64,000 nt of DNA from Ascoidea asiatica JCM 7603 (taxonomy: Eukaryota > Fungi > Ascomycota). Shown here in pieces: positions 24,909 through 34,751 of this stretch. The notes under the pieces are model-generated. The model was not told the DNA's origin, did not search any database, and saw only the letters and a program-made list of their open reading frames with translations. Within the stretch, counting starts at the first letter, position 1, and each line of letters begins with the position of its first letter. The position numbers and the translations under genes are program-made. The stretch covers positions 390,913-454,912 of the forward strand of contig BCKQ01000009.1 in assembly GCA_001600695.1 (NCBI GenBank). Reading direction: 5' to 3'.

Positions 24909-27077
24909 TTATTCAGTATTAGTTTGATTTTTTTTTAATAAATTTTGAAAAAAATCTGTAAGAACTTCTTTTTGACTTTCTTCACTGATCATACTATTAT
25001 TCGGAGTGTTTAATATAGAATTAGATTGAGATCTTGATTTATTAATTAAATTTTGAAATTGAGTTGAATCTTTAGTAGAATTTGAGAATTCATTTCTTAA
25101 ACGTTGTAATGCCAGTTGATTTTCACCTTGATTTATAATTCCTGTTAAATTTTTTGATTTATTAATATTACTCATATTTGCATCAACATCATTCTGAGAA
25201 TAACTATTTTCTTGATCATTTTCAGTTTGAGAGAAGGAAGAAGAAGCAGATAATGGAGTTGTTGAATTCAAATCATGAGCACTGAAATTATTAGAGATAT
25301 TATTAGCGATTGAAGACTTTTTTCTTTGATTTTTAGAATTAAGATGAAGAGATAAAAATTGTTGAAAGCTTAAATCAATATTATCATTATTTAAGGGTAT
25401 ATCTATGGTTTCTATTTGATTGATATCTGTTGAGTTTGCATCAATAAACTCTTCATCCAGGCTTTCTGAATTATAGTCATTATTATCATCATCGTCATCA
25501 TCATTATCACTATTATTATTAACATCATTATTATTATTGGAAAATTCCATTGAAGATAAAATTGATTTATTTAATTTTTTCAAAAAAAGATTAAATTTTA
25601 TAGGAGAATCTTTATCTGAAATATTTTGAAATGTAGTATTATATAAGACTTGAAATTTATTAAAATTTAATAAATTAAAAGTATGTAAAGATTTTATTTT
25701 ATTCCAAGAATCAAAACCCATTGGAATTAATAAATTTGAAGGAATTAATAAATTTGGATTAATTAAATTTCTATTATTAAAATTAATTCTTTTAATATTA
25801 TTGTTATTGTTATTATTATTATTATTGTTATTATTATAGATGTTTGCAATATTTGTAGAATTTGTAAAAATTGAAATAATTAATTGTAATAAAATTGATT
25901 GATTTAAATTATTTAGAGCTAAATTCTTTTGAGATTGAAAAAGGGATAAATATAATAATGAAGAAGAATGTTTTAAAGAAATTAATCTTAATAAAGATTG
26001 AATATAATCCATAATTTCTTGATTTATTGATTCAAATTGTAATGAATTGTCAAATATTAATAATATTAATAAATTTAAAGATAATGGTAAATCACATTCA
26101 CCTTTATTCAAAGGTAATAAATCATCTATGTCAGTAGAATTAGAATTAGAATTTGAATTAGAATTAGGATTTATGCTATTGTTTTTGTTATTGTCATTAT
26201 TATAATTGAAATTATTAGAAGATAAATAATTTGAAGAATTTAATTGAAACAAAAGTTTTAAAATATCATTATTACTATTTTTATTTTCATTTGAATTATT
26301 ATTAAAGATTAAATTTAAAAAAATCAAAATATTTAATAAATTTTGAATAATTTTAAAATCATTATTATAATTATTATTATTATTATTATTAAAATTATCA
26401 AAATTAGGTGAATCTTGATTAGAAGAAGTTAAATTATCATTATTTAATTTAATTATTGGTATAATTAATAAATCATTAAAATTTAAATTTTGTAATGATA
26501 ATTTTAATAAATTTGAATATTTTAAAAGACTATTAAGTGATATTATATTTTTTTCATTATTTAAAGGTAAAGTATAAATATTTAAATGTGATAAATTTGA
26601 ATTGACAGAAGAGTTATTGATATTATTGTTCATAATATTGTTCATAATATCTATATTATTATTATCATTATTATTGTTTATATTTGTATTAATATTATAA
26701 TTGTAGGAGATATAAGTATAACCTAAAGAAAATTCATTAGGTATTAAATAACCATTATTTTCGGATTTATCATTAATACTGGTAGAGTTATTAATGTTTT
26801 GATTATTACCATTTAAATTATCAAAATTAGATGAAGATATTGTTGAATTTGAGACCTTTATGTTATAATTTGTAGAATATTGATTTATTAAGTAATTATT
26901 TATTATTGTTTTTTGATCTTGAGAAGAACCTCCTATGAGAAGAATAGTTTTATCTTCTAAAGGTAAAGATCTTGTATTTGTATTCCCATTAGGATTTGTA
27001 TTGTTGGAATTATTGGAGTTTATATTTGAATAAGAAACAGATTCCAATAATTTGCCCCATGCTCCTTTGTTTGACAT
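24909..27077 (-). CDS. DYN3: Dynein light intermediate chain (DLIC/Dyn3-like)
   Basis: WGKLLESVS...KTILLIGG, FSLGYTY, LPLNKGECDLPL, DYIQSLLRLISLKHSSSLLY, IPMGFDSWNKI and the C-terminal helix EVLTDFFQNLLKK all match fungal DLIC motifs. First ATG at 27077. Confidence 0.85.
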   Translation of the reverse strand: MSNKGAWGKLLESVSYSNINSNNSNNTNPNGNTNTRSLPLEDKTILLIGGSSQDQKTIINNYLINQYSTNYNIKVSNSTISSSNFDNLNGNNQNINNSTSINDKSENNGYLIPNEFSLGYTYISYNYNINTNINNNNDNNNIDIMNNIMNNNINNSSVNSNLSHLNIYTLPLNNEKNIISLNSLLKYSNLLKLSLQNLNFNDLLIIPIIKLNNDNLTSSNQDSPNFDNFNNNNNNNYNNDFKIIQNLLNILIFLNLIFNNNSNENKNSNNDILKLLFQLNSSNYLSSNNFNYNNDNNKNNSINPNSNSNSNSNSTDIDDLLPLNKGECDLPLSLNLLILLIFDNSLQFESINQEIMDYIQSLLRLISLKHSSSLLYLSLFQSQKNLALNNLNQSILLQLIISIFTNSTNIANIYNNNNNNNNNNNNNIKRINFNNRNLINPNLLIPSNLLIPMGFDSWNKIKSLHTFNLLNFNKFQVLYNTTFQNISDKDSPIKFNLFLKKLNKSILSSMEFSNNNNDVNNNSDNDDDDDDNNDYNSESLDEEFIDANSTDINQIETIDIPLNNDNIDLSFQQFLSLHLNSKNQRKKSSIANNISNNFSAHDLNSTTPLSASSSFSQTENDQENSYSQNDVDANMSNINKSKNLTGIINQGENQLALQRLRNEFSNSTKDSTQFQNLINKSRSQSNSILNTPNNSMISEESQKEVLTDFFQNLLKKNQTNTE

Positions 27078-28708
27078 AATATGAAGGTATGAAGATGAGA
27101 GATTACTTTTTTGAGAAAATAAACAAATAGTCGTCACTATGATTGAAAACTATGGATTTATTTTATTAAATGATTTGATATTTTTTGATAATAATCTTTT
27201 AATTGATAAACTGGATGTTCTTAATCAAATTATTCAATTTCAAAAAGATATATCCAAAATTCAAAAAGTTTAGATTTGTTTAATTAAAATGTCAACAATC
27301 AAACTTAAAGTTTCTGCCCGCATTGAACCCGTGCGAATGGCTCAAACCAAAGAAATGGATGCACCCGCAGTTCTGGTTTTATACTTATTTTTCTAATTTA
27401 AATATTATTATTCCTAAATTATGCCACCAAACGTAGACCGAGTATTATCTTATCAAATTATTGTCAAACTATTGTTAAGTTAGATATAATTTAGAATTGA
27501 AATCAAACGAAATTTTGGATGCTCAGTTTTTCTAAGAAGAAAGAAAGAAAAAAAAAAGTTATGAGTTTATATCTTTCATAATTGATTGGATATTTTATAT
27601 GATTCACTGTTGAAATGAAAAAAGTTTTTTAACTAATTATTGCAAAGCTGAATTCATAACAAAATTATTTAAAGTGATATAACTCAAATAGTTTTTATAC
27701 TCAAAACATTCAATAAAAAGTTATAAAAACAAGTAGAAGTCTTAAAAACTTTGGTATTTTAAAACCTTGCTATAGTTTTTTTTTTTTTTTTGTATATAAT
27801 AAGTCCATAAATGGAAAGGAAATTGACTGAAATTGAACAAAAGAATGTCACCAGAATAAATTAGAATTAACAAAAAAAGCCTATAATTGAATAGTAAATA
27901 ATTCAGCATAATACCAATAATCAATGATAATTGGCTTATTCTTCATCCTTGAATATTCTCTTTGAATGCGTGAAACAAATCTTAGAAATTCATCAAGTTC
28001 ATTAATGATTGGCGGTTAAAGCTACCATTGATGAATATTTCTTGAAATACAAAAAAAAACAGTAAGTAAATATATTATCTCATTTGAAATAAGCGTTAAT
28101 TTGAATATAAACTGGGGTTAATTGTTTTTTTTATTTCTACTGATAGAAGATAATGATATTCTACAGTTCAATAGATGAGATGAGCATGATGTAAATAGAT
28201 CTTGTTTCAAAATCTATCGATCTACCTCTAGTTCAATTTTGATTTTTTAGGGCTTTCAAACTAAATTGAATTAAATGAAACAGAAAATGAAATTGAAGAA
28301 TCTTAAAAACGTTTAAATGAAACAATCAAGGAATAAATCAGGGAATAAGTTGGGTTTTACTTACGTTTAAATAAATGACTTCTTTTTAAACTATTTAATA
28401 AATTGAGGAAAATAATTATTTTTAAAATATTCACTTCATTCAAGGATAAATTATTACATTATTAGATTATTAATGTAATAAGCTAATAAATTAATAATCA
28501 ATAATCAGGTTAGATTACATTTTGCCATGGATTATAAATGACATAATTACTACTTTAGTAGTAGTAATTAATATTATTTGAGATAATGAAATTAAACAAT
28601 ATTTATTAATTATTATTTATTATTTATTAATTGATTATCAATAATTAATTGTGATGATTTAGTACTGTATTTCCTAAATAAATTAAATCTTCTATATTTG
28701 ATAGATAG

Positions 28709-28766
28709 ATCTCATTCATGGATCTTATTCATAGATCTTATTCATGGATCTTATCGATAGATCTGA
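28709..28766. repeat. 13-bp tandem repeat (GATCTTATTCATR), about 4 copies
   Basis: gatctcattcatg gatcttattcata gatcttattcatg gatcttatcgata seen directly. Confidence 0.8.
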
Positions 28767-28965
28767 GAGATTTATCTCATAGATAAAGTAGAATTCAATA
28801 ATAATATCAGTATAAATAGATTCAAAAGATAAAATATATATAATTGAAATGATTTCTTTTGATTTTAAATTGCAATCTGAGAAATATATTCGATATACAA
28901 TATACAATATACATAATTGAGTAATATTGAATATAATAATAATAACAATAATAATAATAAAAACA

Positions 28966-29877
28966 ATGGAGAAAAGAATTTTAGTTATTGGAGAAGAAGG
29001 TTGTGGTAAAACAACATTAATAAGAAAATATTTTGGTGTAATAGATGATGATGATGATGACTTAGATCATCATAATAATAATAATAATAATAATAATAGT
29101 AATAAGACATTTAAGTATATACCAATTGATGAGAATTTAATAATAGAAATTGAAAAAGAATATAAGAAAAATTTAGATATTTCAATAAATTCAACAAAAG
29201 AAAATTTAAATTTAAAAATCATAGATATAAAATCATTTAATTTTGATAAAATTAATTCTGAGAATAATATTTTAAGAAATCCATATAATAAATTTATTTT
29301 AAATTCATATGATTTAATAATTTTATGTTTTAAAGAAAATAATCCAATTTCATTTAATTTAATTTTAAAAATTTTTAATATAAATAAATTTATAAATAAA
29401 TTTGGTTATGGAAATTTATATAAAATTCCAATATTATTAGTTTCTATAAAAAATAATAATAAATTTATTACTACCAATGAAATTTCAAATATAAATTATA
29501 AACTTTTAAATGAAAAAATTGGATCTTTTAAATTTTTTAAAATTGATTTAAATGAAATTAATAGTTCAAATAATATAAATAATTTATTTAATGAATCAAT
29601 AAAAATATTATTAATTAAAGATAAATTAATCAAATCAAAATGTGAAAAATCGAATATTTATAATAAATTTCAATTATCTTTTAAAAATTCAATAAATTTA
29701 ATAAAATTAAAATATTTAATTAAAGATAAATATAAAAACCATTCATCATCAAATTTAACAAGTTATACTGATACTCATAGTAACAATGATAGTAATGACA
29801 ATAAGATATTCAATAAAATATTCAATAAAGAAATTAATCATTCTATTAGGAACCAATATACAAATATACAAATATAG
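28966..29877 (+). CDS. Atypical Rho-like small GTPase, paralog A (degenerate G3/G4/G5, no CAAX)
   Basis: KRILVIGEEGCGKTT P-loop; collinear with paralog B (TFKYIPI, LRNPYN, NSYDLII, NLYKIP, KILLIKDK). First ATG at 28966. Confidence 0.75.
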   Translation: MEKRILVIGEEGCGKTTLIRKYFGVIDDDDDDLDHHNNNNNNNNSNKTFKYIPIDENLIIEIEKEYKKNLDISINSTKENLNLKIIDIKSFNFDKINSENNILRNPYNKFILNSYDLIILCFKENNPISFNLILKIFNINKFINKFGYGNLYKIPILLVSIKNNNKFITTNEISNINYKLLNEKIGSFKFFKIDLNEINSSNNINNLFNESIKILLIKDKLIKSKCEKSNIYNKFQLSFKNSINLIKLKYLIKDKYKNHSSSNLTSYTDTHSNNDSNDNKIFNKIFNKEINHSIRNQYTNIQI

Positions 29878-29949
29878 TATAACTATTTAATTTAATAAGA
29901 AAAATAAAATGGATTATTGGCTTTATTCAATGTACCTTTTTCTATTGAA

Positions 29950-31205
29950 ATTTCTTTTAAATCATCTAATGTCATATTGAAAGACTTCTGGTATTAATAA
30001 ACAATCTTATTCTTATCTATTGTAGACAAAGTTGTAAGAATATTAGAAATATATTCTATATTGTAAGTATATTTTGAATATTCAGTATTTGATTTTCAAA
30101 TCTTAGATTTTTATTATCAATTGGAAGATAATTAGAAATTTCAAATGATTTTATAATTGTAACTTGATTTATATTTTTTTTTTGTATTCAATAAACATTT
30201 TAAAAATCTATACCTTTTTTCTAGAATATAATTGATTTTGATGATTTTCTAATTCTTTTGGCCAAATATTTAAAATATTAAAATAATTCACACCCAAAAA
30301 TTTGAGGAAGTGACTAGAATATGGGGGTGACATGAGTAAAAACATAACTTTATTTTTTTTAGTCAATTCTATAATAGGAAATGATACATCAATAAACTAT
30401 ATTAGCTAGTGTTCTTTTTATATTTTTGTATTTTTTTCACAAATTCAAAAAAACAAATTTTAAAGATTTCTGTATTTATCAAACCAGTTTTTGTATTGGT
30501 CACAGTTCAATTTTCTCTTTATTTCAGATTTAAAAATGATTGTTAGTTTCAATTGAACTTCAGTAGCAGATATACATTAAAACCTGCTTGTTATAAACCC
30601 CTTGAGTTTAATAAGCTTGATTTTGGAATTTGATTTAGTCAAATTTTATCCAATATCAATGAAAATGCCTATTTCTTCCATAAGATCTGAGTAAAATGTC
30701 ATTATGCTTTGCTCCTGGGCAGCTTGAAAAAGTTAAGCATCCATCAAAGTTATCTTTAATATATCTTTTTTTAATTTTCTCAAAGTTTTTTTGATTATGA
30801 AATATTGAGTTGAAAATATTTTCAACATCTTTGAAAGAAATTGAAAAATTATATTGTACAAATGAAATACTAAATTGAAGAAATTCAAATTTTTCTCAAT
30901 CATTTGATATTTTTATGCTACAACTTTTTTTTCATAAGTTTGTATTTCTCCTTTACATATATTTATTCTTCTGGTTCTCTCAAATTTCTTGATAGCAGCA
31001 GTATTTCCAGCAGTCCTTTGAAAACTTCAATGTGAAAGAACCATCAGTGTTCAAGACAGAATCAAAACAAACACGTGCCTTTTTGCCTGTTCAGCAATAG
31101 ATATAAAACTATTGAATAATATTCATTCTTATCAGTCTTTTAATTTGTAATTGTGATCTAACAGAAATTAGATCATGACTGGTCTAAATCTGGATTTCAA
31201 TACGT
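29950..31205 (-). mobile_element. Decayed pogo/Fot1-family (Tc1/mariner superfamily, DDE_1) DNA transposon remnant; boundaries approximate
   Basis: Manual minus-strand translation gives collinear DDE_1-like blocks broken by stops and frameshifts: LMEEIGI (~30684-30664, cf. NMDETG), CISATEVQLKLTIIFKS (~30576-30526, cf. ECISAxGxxLPPxIIFKG), TKTGLINTEIFK (~30495-30460, cf. SxxGWxxxEIF), IIELTKKNKVMFLLMSPPYSSHFLKFLGVNYF (~30375-30280, cf. LPPHSSHLLQPLDVGVF), TIIKSFEISNYLP (~30160-30120). Confidence 0.75.
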
Positions 31206-31217
31206 AATGTTTTGTGT

Positions 31218-31335
31218 AATCAATTAATTAATCAATTAACTACCGCACAACTATATTAATGTAATAGATTAATCAACTAATTACTAATTAGCTAATTAAC
31301 TAACTAATTAACTAATTAATTAACTAATTAATTAG
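31218..31335. repeat. Low-complexity TAATTAAC/TAAC-type tandem repeat
   Basis: aattaactaactaattaactaattaattaactaattaatta seen directly. Confidence 0.75.
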
Positions 31336-31900
31336 GAGATTATTTTCGTGTTTGTGTTGTGTTTGGGTTGTGTTTGGGTCTTAACTCCGTGATCCCTGTC
31401 TTATCTCCTTGGTCTCGGCTCGGGGACTCGTATTTTAGTGTGTTTTCTGGGTTTTGATCAAGTGAAGAATACTCCAAAAGAGTGAAAAAAGTGAAAAAAG
31501 TGTAAAGAAATGTTTATTTATTCTCCATGGCCTCAAATGAAATGAATTGTAATAAAAAGAAAAAGCAAAAGAAGCAAATAAAGATAAAGACTGCGAAATA
31601 ATGCTAAAACTCAATAAAAACTAAAAATAAACCTTTGTTGCTTGTTCTTTTTTCTTCTTTTTTCCCAATTTCGACTTATCTCCATCTCTTGTTATTATTT
31701 TCTTTTCCATACTTAAGGAATCTATATTTAAACCCCATTTTTCACATATTTTTCTTATAAGAAGTATAAACAATAAGAAAAAATAATTTGAATTATGCTC
31801 AATTTGATACTGATTGATCTCAAAGAAAAAAGAGAAATATCAATATAAATAAGAGTTCAAATGGCTATTTATTTTCATCTCTAAACATTGAATAAAGAAA

Positions 31901-32671
31901 ATGATTAAAAGAATTTTAGTTATTGGTGATGATGGTTGTGGTAAAACTTCTTTAATCAAATCTTTTCTAGGTTTATCTGATTCAATTGATTCAACTTCAA
32001 GTTCTGATTCAACTTCAACTTCAACTTCAACTTCAAGTTCCACTTTTAAATATATTCCAATAAATGATAAGTTAATAATTCCAATTGAAAATGAATATGA
32101 AAAAAAACTTGATTTTTCAATAAATTGTCATAAAGATAATAATAATTCAATTACTTTGAAATTCATTGATACAACTTCATTTAATTTAAATCAAGTTTTA
32201 GATTTAAAATATTATAATAATAATTTAAGAAATCCATATAATAGATTCATTTCAAATTCTTATGATTTAATAATATGTTGTTTTGAATTAAATAATTCAA
32301 TGATTTATAATACAATTAAAAAAATTTTTAATTTAAATTCTTTTATAAATTCTTATGGTAATTTAAATTTATATAAAATTCCATTGATCTTAGTTTCAAC
32401 CAAAGTTGATAATAACGACAATTTAACCACCAATTATAATTATAATAACTTATCAAATTCATATAAAATATCAAATTTAGATTTTAACTTGAATTATAAT
32501 TTATTAACTGAAAAAACTGGTGCTTTAAAATATTTTGAAACTTCTTCAATAAATAATTTAAATATAAATATTTTATTTAATGAAATTATTAAAATTTTAT
32601 TAATTAAAGATAAATTTATAAAAAATAAATGTAAATCAAAACCTAAATGTCAATCTTGTATTATAACATAA
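31901..32671 (+). CDS. Atypical Rho-like small GTPase, paralog B (CAAX retained)
   Basis: VIGDDGCGKT (G1), YIP..EN.Y, LKFIDT (G3 lacking AGQ), DLIICCF, PLILVSTKVD (G4), GALKYFETSS (G5), Lys-rich tail ending CIIT. Confidence 0.85.
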   Translation: MIKRILVIGDDGCGKTSLIKSFLGLSDSIDSTSSSDSTSTSTSTSSSTFKYIPINDKLIIPIENEYEKKLDFSINCHKDNNNSITLKFIDTTSFNLNQVLDLKYYNNNLRNPYNRFISNSYDLIICCFELNNSMIYNTIKKIFNLNSFINSYGNLNLYKIPLILVSTKVDNNDNLTTNYNYNNLSNSYKISNLDFNLNYNLLTEKTGALKYFETSSINNLNINILFNEIIKILLIKDKFIKNKCKSKPKCQSCIIT

Positions 32672-32758
32672 TCTTTATCTCATCTCATATACACATAATC
32701 ACATATATACAATATATATAATCAATAATCAATAATCAATATTCTTTAAATAAATTAA

Positions 32759-33970
32759 TTAAATATGAAAATATTTCCTATTTTTATCTAATTCTTCAAA
32801 TAAATCATTTAATGGTTCTCCAATATCAAGAGTTTCTTTATAAAATTCTTTTTTTCTATAAATTTCAGGTAATGATTCAAATCCATTCATTGCAATAAAT
32901 AATTGTGATGCAATTGATCCTGTTGAATCTGAATCTCCTGAATGATTAATTGAAATTTCAATTAATTCTTTAAAATTTTTAGAAATTATACATGAATAAA
33001 TAGCAATACCTAAGCTTTCATATGCTAAAAATCCTTTACCCAATTTTTTATTTAATTCATCATTTAAATATTTAATTTTTTTAAATTTAAATTCATTAAT
33101 AATTTCATTTAAATTTAAAATATAATTTAAAAAATTCTTAAATTCAATTATATCATTTTTATTAATTATTGAATGATTCTTTAAAAAAAAAATATCATTT
33201 TTCAAAAAATTTATACAATCTTTAAAACTTTCTTCAAAATTTTTACCATTTAATAATAATATTATTAAATAAATTAAAAATCCACTACTTAAATATGCCA
33301 TTGGATTTGAATGTGTTAAAGCTCCTTGTAAACATCCAAGTTCAAAAATTTCATCTATTTTAATTTTTTTAATTAAAATTATTATTGGTAAAACTCTCAT
33401 TATTGTTCCACAACCTTTAGAATTATTTAATTTATTTTTATAATTACCTGAATTTTTAAATACTTTTATATCATTATTTAATGATTTTAAACATGTTAAA
33501 CCTGCTGAACTTTTAAAGTATAAAGATTTATAATTTAATAAATTTCTCTTATATTTATTTTTATTTTCATTTTTACTTTCATTAATATTTTCAAATTCAT
33601 TCGTTTGTGTTATATACCAATTTTTATAATTTTTCCAAATTTCTTTATTTAATTTTTTAATATTTTTAGTTTTTTTATTTAAAATTGCATTAAAACAAAA
33701 TAATGTCATTTGTGTATCATCTGTAACAATCCATTCAAATTTTGAATCATTGGAATCATTGGAATCATTGGAATCATTGGAATTATTGGAATCATTTGAA
33801 TTAACTGAATTATTTAAATTATTTAATTTATCTAATTTTATACCATCTTTACCAAAATTGGTTTGAATTTTATTCCATGAAGAAAATTCAACAACTCTAC
33901 CAATTGAATCTCCAATTGCTCCTGCAATTATCATAAATTTAAAAGTTTCAAATAAATCTATTTCCCCCAT
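32759..33970 (-). CDS. ADP-ribosylglycohydrolase (ARH/DraG superfamily, ARH1-like)
   Basis: GAIGDSIG..VEF, VTDDTQMTLF, NNSKGCGTIMR, ALTHSNP.AY, NHSGDSDSTGSIA; the metal-binding acidic residues are intact. Confidence 0.93.
   Translation of the reverse strand: MGEIDLFETFKFMIIAGAIGDSIGRVVEFSSWNKIQTNFGKDGIKLDKLNNLNNSVNSNDSNNSNDSNDSNDSNDSKFEWIVTDDTQMTLFCFNAILNKKTKNIKKLNKEIWKNYKNWYITQTNEFENINESKNENKNKYKRNLLNYKSLYFKSSAGLTCLKSLNNDIKVFKNSGNYKNKLNNSKGCGTIMRVLPIIILIKKIKIDEIFELGCLQGALTHSNPMAYLSSGFLIYLIILLLNGKNFEESFKDCINFLKNDIFFLKNHSIINKNDIIEFKNFLNYILNLNEIINEFKFKKIKYLNDELNKKLGKGFLAYESLGIAIYSCIISKNFKELIEISINHSGDSDSTGSIASQLFIAMNGFESLPEIYRKKEFYKETLDIGEPLNDLFEELDKNRKYFHI
33744..33797. repeat. 9-bp tandem repeat (GAATCATTG) encoding (SND)n inside the ARH gene
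   Basis: gaatcattg repeated about 6 times, with one variant copy. Confidence 0.9.
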
Positions 33971-34464
33971 TTATCCTATAACTTTGACTTATATAATCTT
34001 CAATCAAATCAATCTAATCAATTAAATCAATAATTAAATAAAGGGAATATCCAAATTTTTATATATTAGATACAATCAACAAAAATAATGACCATGATAA
34101 CGATTAATGAATTATTTTCCCTTCAATTCTAGAATTCAAAGGCTGAGTGGATTGAATTGGTTTAGTTGTAGTCGCAGCACCCTGCAATTTTTAAATGTTT
34201 ATAAAAAATTTTAATTTTTTTGGTATAACCAGGAATAAAAACCTAACAAAAGACACATTGCTTAGGAAACAATTTTCGGAAGAATATACCCAGAAATTCT
34301 AGTTTATACATTGATGATAAATAACTAAATCTTTTATTCTCTATTGAACAGCATTTCTCTCTGTTTCTCTCTGTTTCTCTCTGTTTTTCCAAGTTTTCAT
34401 ATTTCTTTCTCTCTTTCATATTTTTCATTTTCGGTTCAATTCAGAATAAATTAATTTGTGTCTG

Positions 34465-34570
34465 TGGCTTGCTGCCGCGCTCTGTCACTTCGGAAGCTGA
34501 GCCTCGGAAAAATTAGACCCTGACCAACGGATCGAAGCCACCATGGGTATCGGAACGGATACCGGAACAT
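34465..34570 (-). promoter_or_regulatory. GC-rich promoter island upstream of the ARH gene, with repeated CGGA words (possible Zn-cluster factor sites)
   Basis: CGGA occurs about 6 times within ~80 bp; ARH is the only gene whose 5' end faces this island. Confidence 0.4.
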
Positions 34571-34751
34571 AGCCCAATTTCTACATTTGAACTGGGCAAG
34601 TTTTATTCTTTATACACTTTTCATTATCATAACTATTTATTCATTAATCGCAGTTCAGTCTACTGTACTATTCAATCATGATGTCAAAAAAAATACAAAA
34701 ATCAATTACATCAATAATGAATGAACAACAAAAATTACCATCTATTTATTA

